NCBI GenBank assembly: GCA_951406725.2
Contig: OX597835.1
Location: forward strand, 8,122,001 to 8,186,000
Length of the DNA stretch: 64,000 nt
Direction: 5' to 3'
Source: Octopus vulgaris
Lineage: Eukaryota
The notes under the pieces are model-generated. The model did not search any database. It was not told the origin of the DNA and worked only from the letters and a program-made list of their open reading frames with translations. The position numbers and the translations under genes were made by a program. Positions 12,110 through 24,642 of the stretch are shown in pieces (the first letter of the stretch is position 1; each line of letters starts with the position of its first letter).

Positions 12110-12530
12110 CTACTACTCCTACTACTACTACTGCTACTACTTCCTCCTCCACCTTCACCTCCTCTTCCACCCCACATCCTCCTGCTCCCCCCTCTCCTCC
12201 TTCTTTCCTCTTTTTCTTCTTTTTCTTCTTCTTCTTCTTCTTCTCATCTTTCTCCTCCTCCTCTTCCTTATCCTCCTTCTCCTTTTTCTCCTTCCTCCTC
12301 GTCCTTCTTCCTCCTCCTCCTTCTCATCTCCTTCTCTTCTTTTTCTTCTCCTTCTTCGCCTCCTCATCCTCCGCGTTGTTGTTGTTCTTCCTCCTCAACT
12401 TTTCTTCTCCTTCTTATCGATTTCCCCTCCTCTCCTTTTCTTCTTCTTTTTCTCCTCCTCCTCCTCCTCCTCCTCCTCCTTCTTCTTCTTCTTCTTCTTC
12501 TTCTTATCATTATTATTATTATTATCATTA
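12110..12530. repeat. Polypyrimidine (CTT/CCT)n low-complexity tract
   Basis: Near-pure C/T on the plus strand. Confidence 0.9.
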
Positions 12531-13004
12531 TTCCTCATGATTTGCTTCCTTTTGTGGCTATTTAGTGTATGTGGTGAGTCGGCATGGTCAAATGTCATTC
12601 AACTTTAAACATTCTCAAACATCAACTGACCGATGTGTGTGTCAATGATTTAGTTGTTATTTCTAGCAAATCTAATGTCCACATTACGCTGTATGTGGTG
12701 TCCTTGCGGTAAAGCGAAAATTCGTTTCAACATGAGAAATAATACGTTCTTACTTGTTTTGCCTGCTTCGTTCGACCCACTGACATTTCAGAGATAACCG
12801 GGGCGGATGTGCAGCTGAATCTCATGTATTGTGTGACATGCGCACGCACACGCACACACACACACGCACACGCACACACACACACGCACAAACACACACA
12901 CACGCACACATACATGGATGCATACATTCATATGTAACATACAAACATAGATACATACATTACATACATACAGACATGAATACATGCATGCACGAATACA
13001 TACA

Positions 13005-13062
<58 letters not shown>

Positions 13063-13110
13063 CCTGTATATATATATATATATATGTATATATATGTCTA
13101 TATGTATATA

Positions 13111-13147
<37 letters not shown>

Positions 13148-13160
13148 GTATTATATACAT

Positions 13161-13278
13161 GGCCTGCTCGCTTAGCCAGCGGGGTGGCGTCATTCGAAGG
13201 CTAAAACAATGCGAACGCATTGTGACCAGCGATGTGTAACTACATCTGATGGACTGGTCAGTCACGTGATCACGTGAT
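13161..13278 (+). mobile_element. 3' end of a retroposon (stem-loop + TCACGTGA tandem tail) inside (TA)n
   Basis: TGACCAG...CTGGTCA stem enclosing GATGTG/TACATC, followed by TCACGTGA x2; TA repeats on both sides. Confidence 0.5.
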
Positions 13279-13308
13279 ATTATATACATATATATAATAT
13301 ATATATAC

Positions 13309-13343
<35 letters not shown>

Positions 13344-13375
13344 ATATATATGTGTATATATATATATATGTATAC

Positions 13376-13439
<64 letters not shown>

Positions 13440-13445
13440 ATATAT

Positions 13446-13515
<70 letters not shown>

Positions 13516-13517
<2 letters not shown>

Positions 13518-13600
13518 CGCAATGTCCCAGTGATTAGGGCAGCAGACTCGCGGTCGCAGGATCGCGGTTTCGATCCCCAGATTGGGCGTTGTGAGTGTTT
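13516..13600 (+). mobile_element. SINE family C 5' fragment
   Basis: GGCGCAATGTCCCAGTGATTAGGGCAGCAGACTCGCGG...GTTGTGAGTGTTT. Confidence 0.75.
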
Positions 13601-14572
13601 AAATAGATACAGAGATTTATAGTTAGTTAGGTAGGTAGGTATATATGGAGATTGGTAGATAAGTAGAGATTGAGACAAGATGATAGATAAATTCTGATTC
13701 GGTTTTTCTCTTGTTTCTTCTTGCCTCCATATTTCGATGGAGACTCGTTTTAAAAGATAGATTTGTGTTTCGTATCATTTGTTTTAGCAAACCATCGAGT
13801 GTTCCTAATATTGCAGTCTTCAGGGTCTGTAACGAAGTGAAAACCCGAGTTTATTGCAAATAGAATCATTATTCTTGGGAGTGTTGTCGCTCTTGCTGTC
13901 ATCCCGTAATTTCGAACTATTTCTGTGAAAGTTACTCTCCATTTCAGATAATTATTCGATATTATTGATCTCCTTCTACAGTGGTTTGTGATGTTAAAGC
14001 AGATGTTTCTTCCATAACCAGTTGTATAAATCCATAAGTGGCTGTTTGTGTGCTGCTGTTTGTATTAGGATTTTCCTTTCGTGTGTTCTTGTTGACATTG
14101 TTAGGTTATGTATTGTAAGCCATAATAATTCCATCAATGGTGTTCGTGGATTTCTGTTTCTCGTTGCTAGAATGGTTTTACTGCTGACATCACTTCATCC
14201 ATTTTACTTCGTTGGGGAAGCGCAGGTTACAACTGTTTTACATATATCAGCACTGCCGTTGAATAACAGATTTTCAATCCATTTCCTACAAAATTACTTG
14301 TTTTGGGCATATTTCTCTATTCTAGACAGTCTTAATGTATTCAGCGCTGGCGATTGCTTGTAAGAGAAAAATTCTGTTATTCTAACCACCTGCAGCGGGA
14401 TAAATTGTCGAAATACAACGATCTCAGAAGAATTACATACAGGTAAGCTTATGCATGTTTCTTTTACGTCTTAGGCAAAAAGTTAATTCCATTCTTGTAT
14501 TCTTTAACTTGATAGTGTCACAAACGTAAATAATTCCTAGTCTTAAGAAGTTTTGGTGAAAAGTATCTGATA

Positions 14573-14994
14573 GGCGCAGGAGTGGCTGTGTGGTAAGTAG
14601 CTTGCTAACCAACCACATGGTTCCGGGTTCAGTCTCACTGCGTGGCATCTTGGGCAAGTGTCTTCTGCTATAGCCCCGGGCCGACCAATGCCTTGTGAGT
14701 GGATTTGGTAGACGGAAACTGAAAGAAGCCTGTCGTATATATGTATATATATATATATATGTATGTGTGTGTATATGTTTGTGTGTCTGCGTTTGTCCCC
14801 CTAGTATTTCTTGATAACCGATGCTGGTGTGTTTACGTCCCCGTCACTTAGCGGTTCGGCAAAAAAGAGACCGATAGAATAAGTACTGGGCTTACAAAGA
14901 ATAAGTCTCGGGGTCGAGTTACTCGATTAAAGGCGGTGCTCCAGCATGGCCGCAGTCAAATGACTGAAACAAGTAAAAGAGAAAAGAGAGAAAG
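14573..14994 (+). mobile_element. SINE family A, full length, flanked by a 132-bp direct repeat
   Basis: Full head-to-tail copy; 14441-14572 is repeated at 14995-15126 with 4 substitutions. Confidence 0.95.
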
Positions 14995-15299
14995 AGGTAA
15001 GCTTATGCATGTTTCCTTTACGTCTTAGGCAAAAAGTTAATTCCATTCTTGTATTCTTTGACTTGATAGAGTCACAACCGTAAATAATTCCTAGTCTTAA
15101 GAAGTTTTGGTGAAAAGTATCTGATACTAATTTTTAAGTAATCTGGGCTGTACGTAGTCACTTACTATCGATTCTCCCTCTTGCTGTCTCTCTGTATATC
15201 TTTAGGCACGCCTCAGCCAAAGAAGACGCTTCCGCTGAAAGGAGTTCAATAAGCTGGACCAACATATTAGTTTCACCCGTGAATATCCTAGCAGTAATG

Positions 15300-15930
15300 G
15301 CTCCCCAACCTAAACTAAACTTTTGGCTAAACATCACGGACGAGGGTAAAATTGATACGGTCTTTTACAGAAAATCTACTTACCTTGCTGTCATCCCGTC
15401 CACTATAAATAGGCCCTCCGTATCAAGGTGCATAAGGTGACGACCCGGATATGCAAAACATGTAATGACGACACCATGTCACTCAGTTCCTAAAGATATC
15501 TGGTGCCAACGGACATCCTACGTTTTCAATAAGTTCATACAGGAACACAGTCTAGCTAAACGTCACAAGAGGGATCTCTCTCAAACCTGTTTCCTGAAGA
15601 TTCCACACTTCAGTGAGAAAAACCACCTACGCCATCTCGAAGGCTATTTGCAGGGAAGGTCTCGACATTCTGTTGGCCCATTCAGAACCGTCCCTATGCA
15701 AAAATCTATCAACGAGGTGGTCACTTGCAGTACAACAGCCCTGCATACTAAAGAACTGCCTCATTTGTGACACTGACGCGTGCCTACGTATGCGCGTGGT
15801 ATACCAAATACAATGTTCCAAATGCAACAGCCACACGTCAACGGTGGCACAATACGACCATTCTGCGTCGGAATTCAGGAACGTCTCACAACTAACGTAT
15901 GCTTCTTCTGCGAACACCTGGCAAAACTTA
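15300..15930 (+). pseudogene. Penelope-like element remnant (RT C-terminus + GIY-YIG endonuclease), frameshifted
   Basis: LNITDEGKIDTVFYRKST, FLKIPHFSE, CLICDTDACLRMRVVYQIQCSKCN then, after a frameshift, GGTIRPFCVGIQE: the VVY-x-I-x-C-x2-C...G-x-T-x-R pattern of the PLE endonuclease. Confidence 0.7.
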
Positions 15931-16475
15931 CTGGTTGACTGCCACTACTACACATATATTACATGACCAAAATAGTAAAGTATATAAAGAACCACAAATA
16001 GATTTAGGCAATCTGCTAAAATGGCTTGCGATTAGTTTCTATATTCTCCTCAGCCTACACCAATTTCCTTGCTTCTTTAACTGCAATTTATATTTCTGCC
16101 TACACACTTACTTGTTGTTATTATTCTTGCCGTGGAATTTTGGTTTTAAAAAAACCAGTGTATCACCTTTTGGCCATTCCACAGCAGCTGATTCTGTTTC
16201 TTGAAAAACCAGTTACATATTTATGCCACTTTCTATCTTGATTAACGTCCAACTAATATTCATTGACAGTTTAAATATGGTGGCATTGGAATTTTTTAAA
16301 ATATTTATGCCAATGTACAGAGAAGTGATGGGGGTGGGGGTGCGCACACACAAATACACACGCACACACGAACATATACATATGTATAAATGTGTGTGTG
16401 TGTGCGTGCGTGGGTGTGTGTGTCTGTGCGTGTGTATACATGTATAAGTGTGTGCCTGTATAAGATAAACACACG

Positions 16476-16518
<43 letters not shown>

Positions 16519-16547
16519 GATGGGTAGATAGACAGACATACTGACTA

Positions 16548-16582
16548 ATAGATAGATGGGTAGATAAATAGATAGATAGATC

Positions 16583-16648
<66 letters not shown>

Positions 16649-16684
16649 CAGATAAATAGATAGAGAGACAGATAGATCGATCGG

Positions 16685-16760
<76 letters not shown>

Positions 16761-16824
16761 TAGATAGATAGATAGATAAATAGATACATACATACATACA
16801 TAGATACATAGATACATAGATAGG

Positions 16825-16912
<88 letters not shown>

Positions 16913-16953
16913 CAGATAGATAGATAGATAGATAGAGATAGATAGATAAATAA

Positions 16954-17024
<71 letters not shown>

Positions 17025-17030
17025 TAGATA
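16548..17030. repeat. (GATA)n tetranucleotide array
   Basis: ~480 bp of GATA with GACA/CATA variants. Confidence 0.95.
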
Positions 17031-17517
17031 TATGTATTGAAATATAGAGGCAACAGATATATTTATGCAAGAAGACAATCTGCCAAAAAAAAAAATAATA
17101 ATATCTAAGCGCAAAATTCAACACAAATTCATTTATATTCATTTGCATATGTGCACCGCCCATATATATATCTGTGTGTGTGTGAGTGTGTTTGTATATA
17201 TGTATAAAGGTAGTGATAACTTTTACAATAAAAGCGTTTCTTTTAATTTTACTTTGACCCGAAGCTAGTTTACTTCTCATAACTCATTCATAGCAGAAAA
17301 GAAAAAGAAACGGGGAAAAAAATGGTTTGTTTCGAAGTTCTTAATTGCTTCCTTGAAACAAATCACAAAGCTGGAGCTGTTGTGATGTTTAGATAAGAAT
17401 TTACCCTGGAAAGCTATTTTTTTTCCTTTATTTCATCTTTATTGGACTGTCAAGAGACAATGTCACCGAAAATTGAGATGGTGAGAGTGGTACATACCAT
17501 TTGTATCAGTGGATGGA

Positions 17518-17903
17518 TGGAAGCACTCCGTCGGTTACGACGATGAGGGTTCCGGTTGATTCGAATCAACGGAACAGCCTGCTCGTGAAATTAACGTTTC
17601 AGTGACTGAGCATTCCACAGATACGTGTACCCTTAGCGTAGTTCTCAGGGATATACAGCGTGACACAGAGAGTCACAAGGCCGGCCCTTTGAAATACAGG
17701 TACAACAGAAACAGGAAGTAAGAGTGAGAGAAAATTGTGGTGAAAGAGTACAGCAGGGATCACCACCATCCCCTGCCGGAGCCTCGTGGAGCTTTTAGGT
17801 ATTTTCGCTCAATAAACACTCACAACGCCCGGTCTGGGAATCGAAACCGCGATCCTATGACCGCGAGTCCACTGCCCTAACCACTGGGCCATTGCGCCTC
17901 CAC
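17518..17903 (-). mobile_element. SINE family C (~385 bp, resembles the octopus OK-type tRNA-derived SINE)
   Basis: Near-identical to six other copies; head GGAGGCGCAATGGCCCAGTGGTTAGG, tail GACGGAGTGCTTCCA. Confidence 0.92.
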
Positions 17904-18242
17904 TTGTGTATCAGTTTGCGCACGCACACACACACAGATGTTTGTACAGATATGTATGTCTGTATGTATGTTTGTATGTTTATATCTATGCATGTATATG
18001 TGTGTCTGTGTGTGTGTACATACTTTTGAAGACACATAGGCTTGAGCATTTTGTATCCTTTAAAATTTCTGTACGTTTTCCAAATGAACTTGATATAATG
18101 CATCTTAAATTTAAACAAACACCGCACTCAGGTTCAGATCCGTATATGTTTTTGCGCACTTACACACGTGCCTATATATATGCATGTAAGCATATGTACG
18201 TACACACACATATAAGCATAGAGTCTGTAGGTATGAGTGGAG

Positions 18243-18274
<32 letters not shown>

Positions 18275-18278
<4 letters not shown>

Positions 18279-18408
18279 AAAGTAAAAAATTCAAACTGGG
18301 ACAAGAACGTGAAACATTTAGAAGACGACACAAAAAACACGGACGGGACATTCGAAGCCTTCAATCATCAGTCAAGAACCGGATCATCTTCGCGATTTCG
18401 GCTGATAT
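18275..18408 (-). mobile_element. Short TA-flanked insert, probable Penelope pseudo-LTR fragment
   Basis: Minus strand has CTGATGA-TTGAAGGCTTC-GAAT and a GTGTTTTTTGTG 3' end like the 47-211 element; TA runs on both sides. Confidence 0.4.
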
Positions 18409-18410
18409 AT

Positions 18411-18540
18411 ACTAGCAGTATAACCCGGCTTTGCCCGGGATTAAGATAGGACTATTAAGCTAATGAAGTTTTTTATTTCAAACCAAACTAACATGGACGT
18501 CAAATTTGGGCGAAATCCGTTGAAATTGGTTTTTATATAT
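18411..18540 (+). mobile_element. Short Helentron-associated (HINE/DINE-1-like) element
   Basis: ACTAGCAGTA-TAACCCGGCTTTGCCCGGG terminal stem-loop and AAATTTGGGCGAAATCCG motif, as in 55736-56122. Confidence 0.55.
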
Positions 18541-18550
18541 GCATACATAC

Positions 18551-18685
<135 letters not shown>

Positions 18686-18705
18686 TATATAGAAGGATAC
18701 AGGAC

Positions 18706-18774
18706 TAGTACTGTTTCATTCAAGAGAAATCTTCAGGAAGCTCCTGAAGATTTCTCTTGAATGAAACAGTACTA
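18706..18774. repeat. Perfect 33-bp palindrome (3-nt loop) with divergently oriented hammerhead-core-like motifs
   Basis: 18706-18738 is the reverse complement of 18742-18774; each strand reads CTGAAGA-TTTCTCTTGAAT-GAAACAGTA. Confidence 0.85.
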
Positions 18775-18852
18775 TAAATATAATAAATTAATTTTACTCT
18801 GCTATGTATTAGTACCTTACTTACTGTGGTTAACCCGAATCAACCCGGGACC

Positions 18853-18967
<115 letters not shown>

Positions 18968-19697
18968 CACGTATACATTAACATAACTTCTCTCTCCCCC
19001 TCACACACACGCACATACATCAAAAAACGAGGAGAGAAATAAGGAGAGAAAAAATGTGTGTAGTGGCTAAAGATCTATCATGGCGACTGACTCGGACAAT
19101 ATATATTTTGCAGCTTTGTAATAAAGCATTTTACTCTACTCTTGATATCCGATCTCTATTTTCCTCAATATTTTGCACTTATGTGCCTACATGTGTGTGA
19201 GCACACACACACACACATACACACACACACATACACGCGCGCGCGCATATACGAGTGCGCGCTAATATATGTACACAAGACCACAGATATAATACCCACA
19301 AAGGAAGTAATTTTAACCACACTTAGCAAATTAAGATATACTTAGAAAATAATCAAAAATAGAATGGTTGTATACTGTCAAAATCAGAAATAGTTCTCTG
19401 TTAATAAAAAGAAGCCATTCCTTCAACCCAATTAAGTGAAAAAAATCCCCTTAGAAAGAAGGTGGTATTATTGGTCAATAATCACCAACAGGTTCTTATG
19501 ATTGATGATGTGAGCAGAGTTGACAGCATTCATCTTGAAGTGTCGAACATTGGCAGAAAGTGGGTGGATGGCCTCTCTGGATCTTTCGAAGAGCCGCAGG
19601 GGTTGACGTTCTCATTGGCCGCTGCTGGGACGAATTTTAATAGCACTCTGGCATTTGTTGTGTTTTTAGCACAACAAGGTCATAAGAGAGAGAGAGA

Positions 19698-19746
<49 letters not shown>

Positions 19747-19877
19747 TCTCGGGACAAATACGGCAATAATTGACCAATCAATAGTATGTGTACTTTTTGT
19801 ATGCTGCATAGATAGCTATTTTGATTTAATACTGCATTACATGCGTATAATGCACTTGTACATACATATGCGAGCAC

Positions 19878-19915
<38 letters not shown>

Positions 19916-19967
19916 TAGAAATAGATATATATATATATATGGAGCAAGACAAAGAAAAAGCAATAAA

Positions 19968-20034
<67 letters not shown>

Positions 20035-20067
20035 GAGTATATATATATATGTGTGTGTGTATATATG

Positions 20068-20155
<88 letters not shown>

Positions 20156-20323
20156 TATGGATATGAATGCATAAACTTAAATATATATACATTCATATAC
20201 ACACACAAGCACACAATAAGCCCTGTTTAATTATAATTTCAGTGCTGATTACGTTCTTTCAAATTATTTCTAACTCTCCCGTTTTCTCAAGTATAACACC
20301 CCCTGCAGGCACATACGCACACA

Positions 20324-20382
<59 letters not shown>

Positions 20383-20530
20383 CACATATATGTAAATCTT
20401 TTTCATGGCTTGCGGCTTCTACAAGTAGCATCTAAATAAAGAAGAGAGTTATGGGATAAACAACACCGGAAAATATCAGGGGCAGAGAGACAGATAGAGA
20501 GGGAAAGAGACAGAGAGAGATTGAGAGAGG

Positions 20531-20570
<40 letters not shown>

Positions 20571-21304
20571 AACAGAGAGAGAGATTGAGATAGGGGTATA
20601 GTGTGAGAGAGAGGGAACGAGAGAGAAGGAGAGAAAGGACAACAAAAGTGAATGAATGAAGAATAAAACTATGGATGAATAAATTTGAAGGGATAATTAC
20701 TGGAAGGGAATAAAAGCCGAACATTTAGGAAACAAACCGAGGAAAGGAAAAATAAAATTCTATACAAAATCCTGTATTATTGGCCAAACAAAAAAAAACT
20801 GTTGAAAGTCATTTAAAAATCAGATTCTTCAGCATTAAGTGTGGTGCCATCTATTTTGGAAGGAATATTTCTGTAGACTCACTCGAGTGTGTATGTGTGT
20901 GTATATGTGCATGTGCGTGTTGTGTGTGTATTTTGTTTGTATGTGTGTGTATTGCGTTTGTGTATGTGCGTGAATAATTATATTTTCGTCTTTTCTTTTG
21001 TTGATCAATGAGCATTTAATTGACTTTCGTTTCAATTAGTTGAAGGGTTAAAACAAAAGGAAGCCAATGAAATCTCTTCTAATAAACGGCAACAGCAGGG
21101 ACAACAACAGCAACAACAGCAACAACAACATCTGTGGTTGGGAGAACAACGAAATCAGTAACAAATTTGGGTTGTTTTTTTTTGTTCTTCTTCCATCTCC
21201 TTGTCATCAGAAATAGCTTTGAGAATCTTTACACGTGGATAACCCTTTGAAAGGTAGAACTGCAGTTTCTAAGATTATTAGATAACAACCGCAGTAACAA
21301 TGGA

Positions 21305-21690
21305 TGGAAGCACTCCGTCGGTTACGACGATGAGGGTTCCGGTTGATCCGAATCAACGGAACAGCCTGCTCGTGAAATTAACGTGTAAGTGGCTGAGGAC
21401 TCCACAGACACGTGTACCCTTAAGGTAGTTCTCGGGGATATTCAGCGTGACACAGAGAGTGACAAGGCCGGCCCTTTTGAAATACAGGTACAACAGAAAC
21501 AAGAAGTAAGAGTGAGAGAAAGTTGTGGTGAAAGAGTGCAGCAGGGATCACCACCATCCCCTGCCGGAGCCTCATGGAGCTTTAGGTGTTTTCGCTCAAT
21601 AAACACTCACAACGCCCGGTCTGGGAATCGAAACCGCGATCCTATGACCGCGAGTCCGCTGCCCTAACCACTGGGCCATTGCGCCTCCAC
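21305..21690 (-). mobile_element. SINE family C
   Basis: Full-length copy; GTAACAAT on both flanks (TSD). Confidence 0.92.
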
Positions 21691-22567
21691 GGTAACAATA
21701 ACAACAGCATCAATAGCAGAATTAGCAACAACAATATATAACTTCAGAGGTAAAACAATAGCAAGAACAATAACAGCAGCAATAAATATAATCGCTCTAT
21801 CAATTCCGGTGAAGTCCTTATTAGATGAGCAAGACGAACTTGTAGCTGGTGGTAGGCAGAGTTGCTACAGTTTGCAGTCGGTCGTAGGGATAGTAGCTAC
21901 TGTAGCAATTGCATATTTAGTAATTAAAATAATTACTACTCTCTAATCAGTTTTTAATTATTATTTATAATTTCGATACAAGGTCACACTTTATGGAGAG
22001 AGAGAATCGATTATATCGGCACCACTGCAAAACTCGAGCTCGGTGAAATTTGAACTCAGATCCTAAAAGGTCGTAATTGAATACAGCAAGACCCGATGTC
22101 GTACTGACTTTACTTATCTCGAGTACTAATAATGGAAAAGATAAGAAGGAGCAGCATGAAGAGGAGTAGGAGGAGGAGGATTGGATTTATAATAGAAGAC
22201 ATTAACGGCTTCCAAAGGTCGATCGACCCTAGGACATTACTGGTACGTTATTTTATTGAATAAGATTTAAATCAAAGTTGACCTCGGCGGAATTTGAACT
22301 CAGATCGTACAAACGGACGCAATGCGGCTAAGCATTTTACCCGACGTGCTAACGACTCTGCCAGCTCGCTGTCTTAATAATAATGGTAAGAATATTGATT
22401 TCAAATTTTGGCACAAGGCCAGCAATTTTGAGGCAGGAGGTTAGTCTTCCAGAAACAACCTTGCCCGGACTTGTATCACGAAGGGTGACTTTCTAGGTGC
22501 AGTCTCATGTAATATATTATAAAGACCGAAGGGGTTCTTTATGGTATTTATTTATTTTTTTTTTTTG

Positions 22568-22777
22568 TACTTGTTTCAGTCATTTGACTGCGGCCATGCT
22601 GGAGCACCGCCTTTTAGAGTGGTGAAAGAGTACAGCAGGGATCACCACCATCCCCTGCCGGAGCCTCGTGGAGCTTTTAGGTGTTTTCGCTCAATAAACA
22701 CACACAACACCCGGTCTGGGAATCGAAACCGCGATCCTACGACCGCAAGTCCGCTGCCCTAACCACTGGGCCATTGC
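22568..22777 (-). mobile_element. Chimeric SINE: family C head fused to family A tail
   Basis: 22619-22777 is the family C 5' part; 22568-22613 is the family A 3' end; GGTATTTATTT at 22543 and 22779. Confidence 0.8.
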
Positions 22778-23929
22778 AGGTATTTATTTTATTCACACTG
22801 TATGATTACAGCCACTTATTTACTTGAAACACGTTAAAGTTTAACTCGGTTGCTTTCCATCTGAGAACGGGAAAGAACTTAAGCTAGAAACTGCAGCAAT
22901 AGTTGCGTATATCAAGGCCATGGCAGCTTCAATTTATCTACAAGAAACCAATGAAAGTAGCTTCTCAGGCCAACAAGTACAAAATACATAGCGAAACCAG
23001 CTATTCTGGGTAGTAAATATAGACAAGACAGTGGAAACTGCATGAGCTCAGAGGGGCTGCTCTAAATCTCAGAATAGCAACGAGATTTCTTTTAAACCCT
23101 TGCAACTGTCTTTATAGTACAACCGAAAATATATTAGATGAAAGTTGGGATATCTGATGAGTGGAACTGGCTATGGATTCATAAAAGAAAATTTATATTG
23201 GAAACATAACTTTTTGTGAGTCGGAGTAAAACACTTTATGATAGTGTGAACCTTATCTGAGTATCGCACAGAAATATTTCAGATTTCGAAGTAATTGATG
23301 ACTTGTCGGAAGGTACATATAGTAGAAGTCTGCGCCATCTGTAAATGAACATTTCCGACGCAAGTGAGACTCCATCACTTGGTAACTTGTTACTTATAGC
23401 ATATCTGTTCGTTTACATGTCGGGACATAATCGCTCACTTCAAGGGAAATAGCAGCTGAAAACAACAGGACTAAATGAACAAACATACAATGTATGAAGG
23501 AAAGATAGATTTATATAATCCAGACTTTATACAGCTAAGAAACGATGGCATGCGTCGACTATAACAGAATATAGACAACTTAGTAACCACAGGAATGGTA
23601 TTATCATAGTTGGAGAAAATGGCGCTGGTAAACCAATAAAAGGCTGAATATTGGTTGATAATAGTGTGTGGTGTTTGCGTAAGAATCAGATATTTTTTTA
23701 TGTAGGGGCTGGTTACTTTGCTTTGGAACGAAGTGATCCTCGAATGAAAAAAAAAAAAGTAATGAAATGTCGAACTAAGGTTAAAAAAAAAAGCAAGGAA
23801 GACAGATTAAAGAAATTGGAGAAGTCGTGGGTGGAAGCATGGCAGCATGGTTCAGAGATTAGCTTCTTCGTCGGAAGAGAAAAGAAATCTCCAACAGCAC
23901 GTGTGTAGATACATTGTGGTTGCCGGATC

Positions 23930-24141
23930 TATTCCCGATTCTCCTGTTCAGCTTCTGGTCGAGTGTGAGGCCATCCGCAATTGTTGAGCCAAGGTGTGTA
24001 AACTCACGGAGCACATCAAGTGAGTGGTTGTCGATGGTAATGATGGCGGGGGGGATCCGAAACGCCTTGGTCCATTACTTTGGTCTTCTGTTCGCTGATT
24101 GTTAAGCTGAAGGCACAGCACTTCTGGTTGACATTATCCAT
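23930..24141 (-). mobile_element. RTE/BovB-like LINE reverse transcriptase fragment
   Basis: AFSLTISEQKTKVMDQG..(frameshift)..ITIDNHSLDVLREFTHLGSTIADGLTLDQKLNRRIG. Confidence 0.8.
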
Positions 24142-24153
24142 CATATATAGGGA

Positions 24154-24538
24154 GGAAGCACTCCGTCGGTTACGACGATGAGTGTTCCGGTTGATCCGAA
24201 TCAACGGAACAGCCTGCTCGTGAAATTAACGTGTAAGTGGCTGAGCACTCCACAGACACGTGTACCCTTAACGTAGTTCTCGAGGATATTCAGCGTGACA
24301 CAGAGAGTGACAAGGCCGGCCCTTTGAAATACAGGTACAACAGAAACAGGAAGTAAGAGTGAGAGAAAGTTGTGGTGAAAGAGTACAGCAGGGATCACCA
24401 CCATTCCCTGCCGGAGCCTCGTGGAGCTTTTAGGTGTTTTCACTCAATAAACACTCACAACGCCCGGTCTGGGAATCGAAACCGCGATCCTATGACCGCG
24501 AGTCCGCTGCCCTAATCACTGGGCCATTGCGCCTCCAC
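24154..24538 (-). mobile_element. SINE family C
   Basis: Full-length copy; CCATCATATATA duplicated on both flanks. Confidence 0.92.
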
Positions 24539-24583
24539 CCATCATATATACACACGTACTCACAGAGACACACTAACACATTT

Positions 24584-24642
<59 letters not shown>

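Noticed and set aside
23150-23215. CTGATGA motif (similar ones at 38125, 38840, 56026)
   Set aside because: No stem II and GAAA at the required spacing; consistent with chance heptamers.
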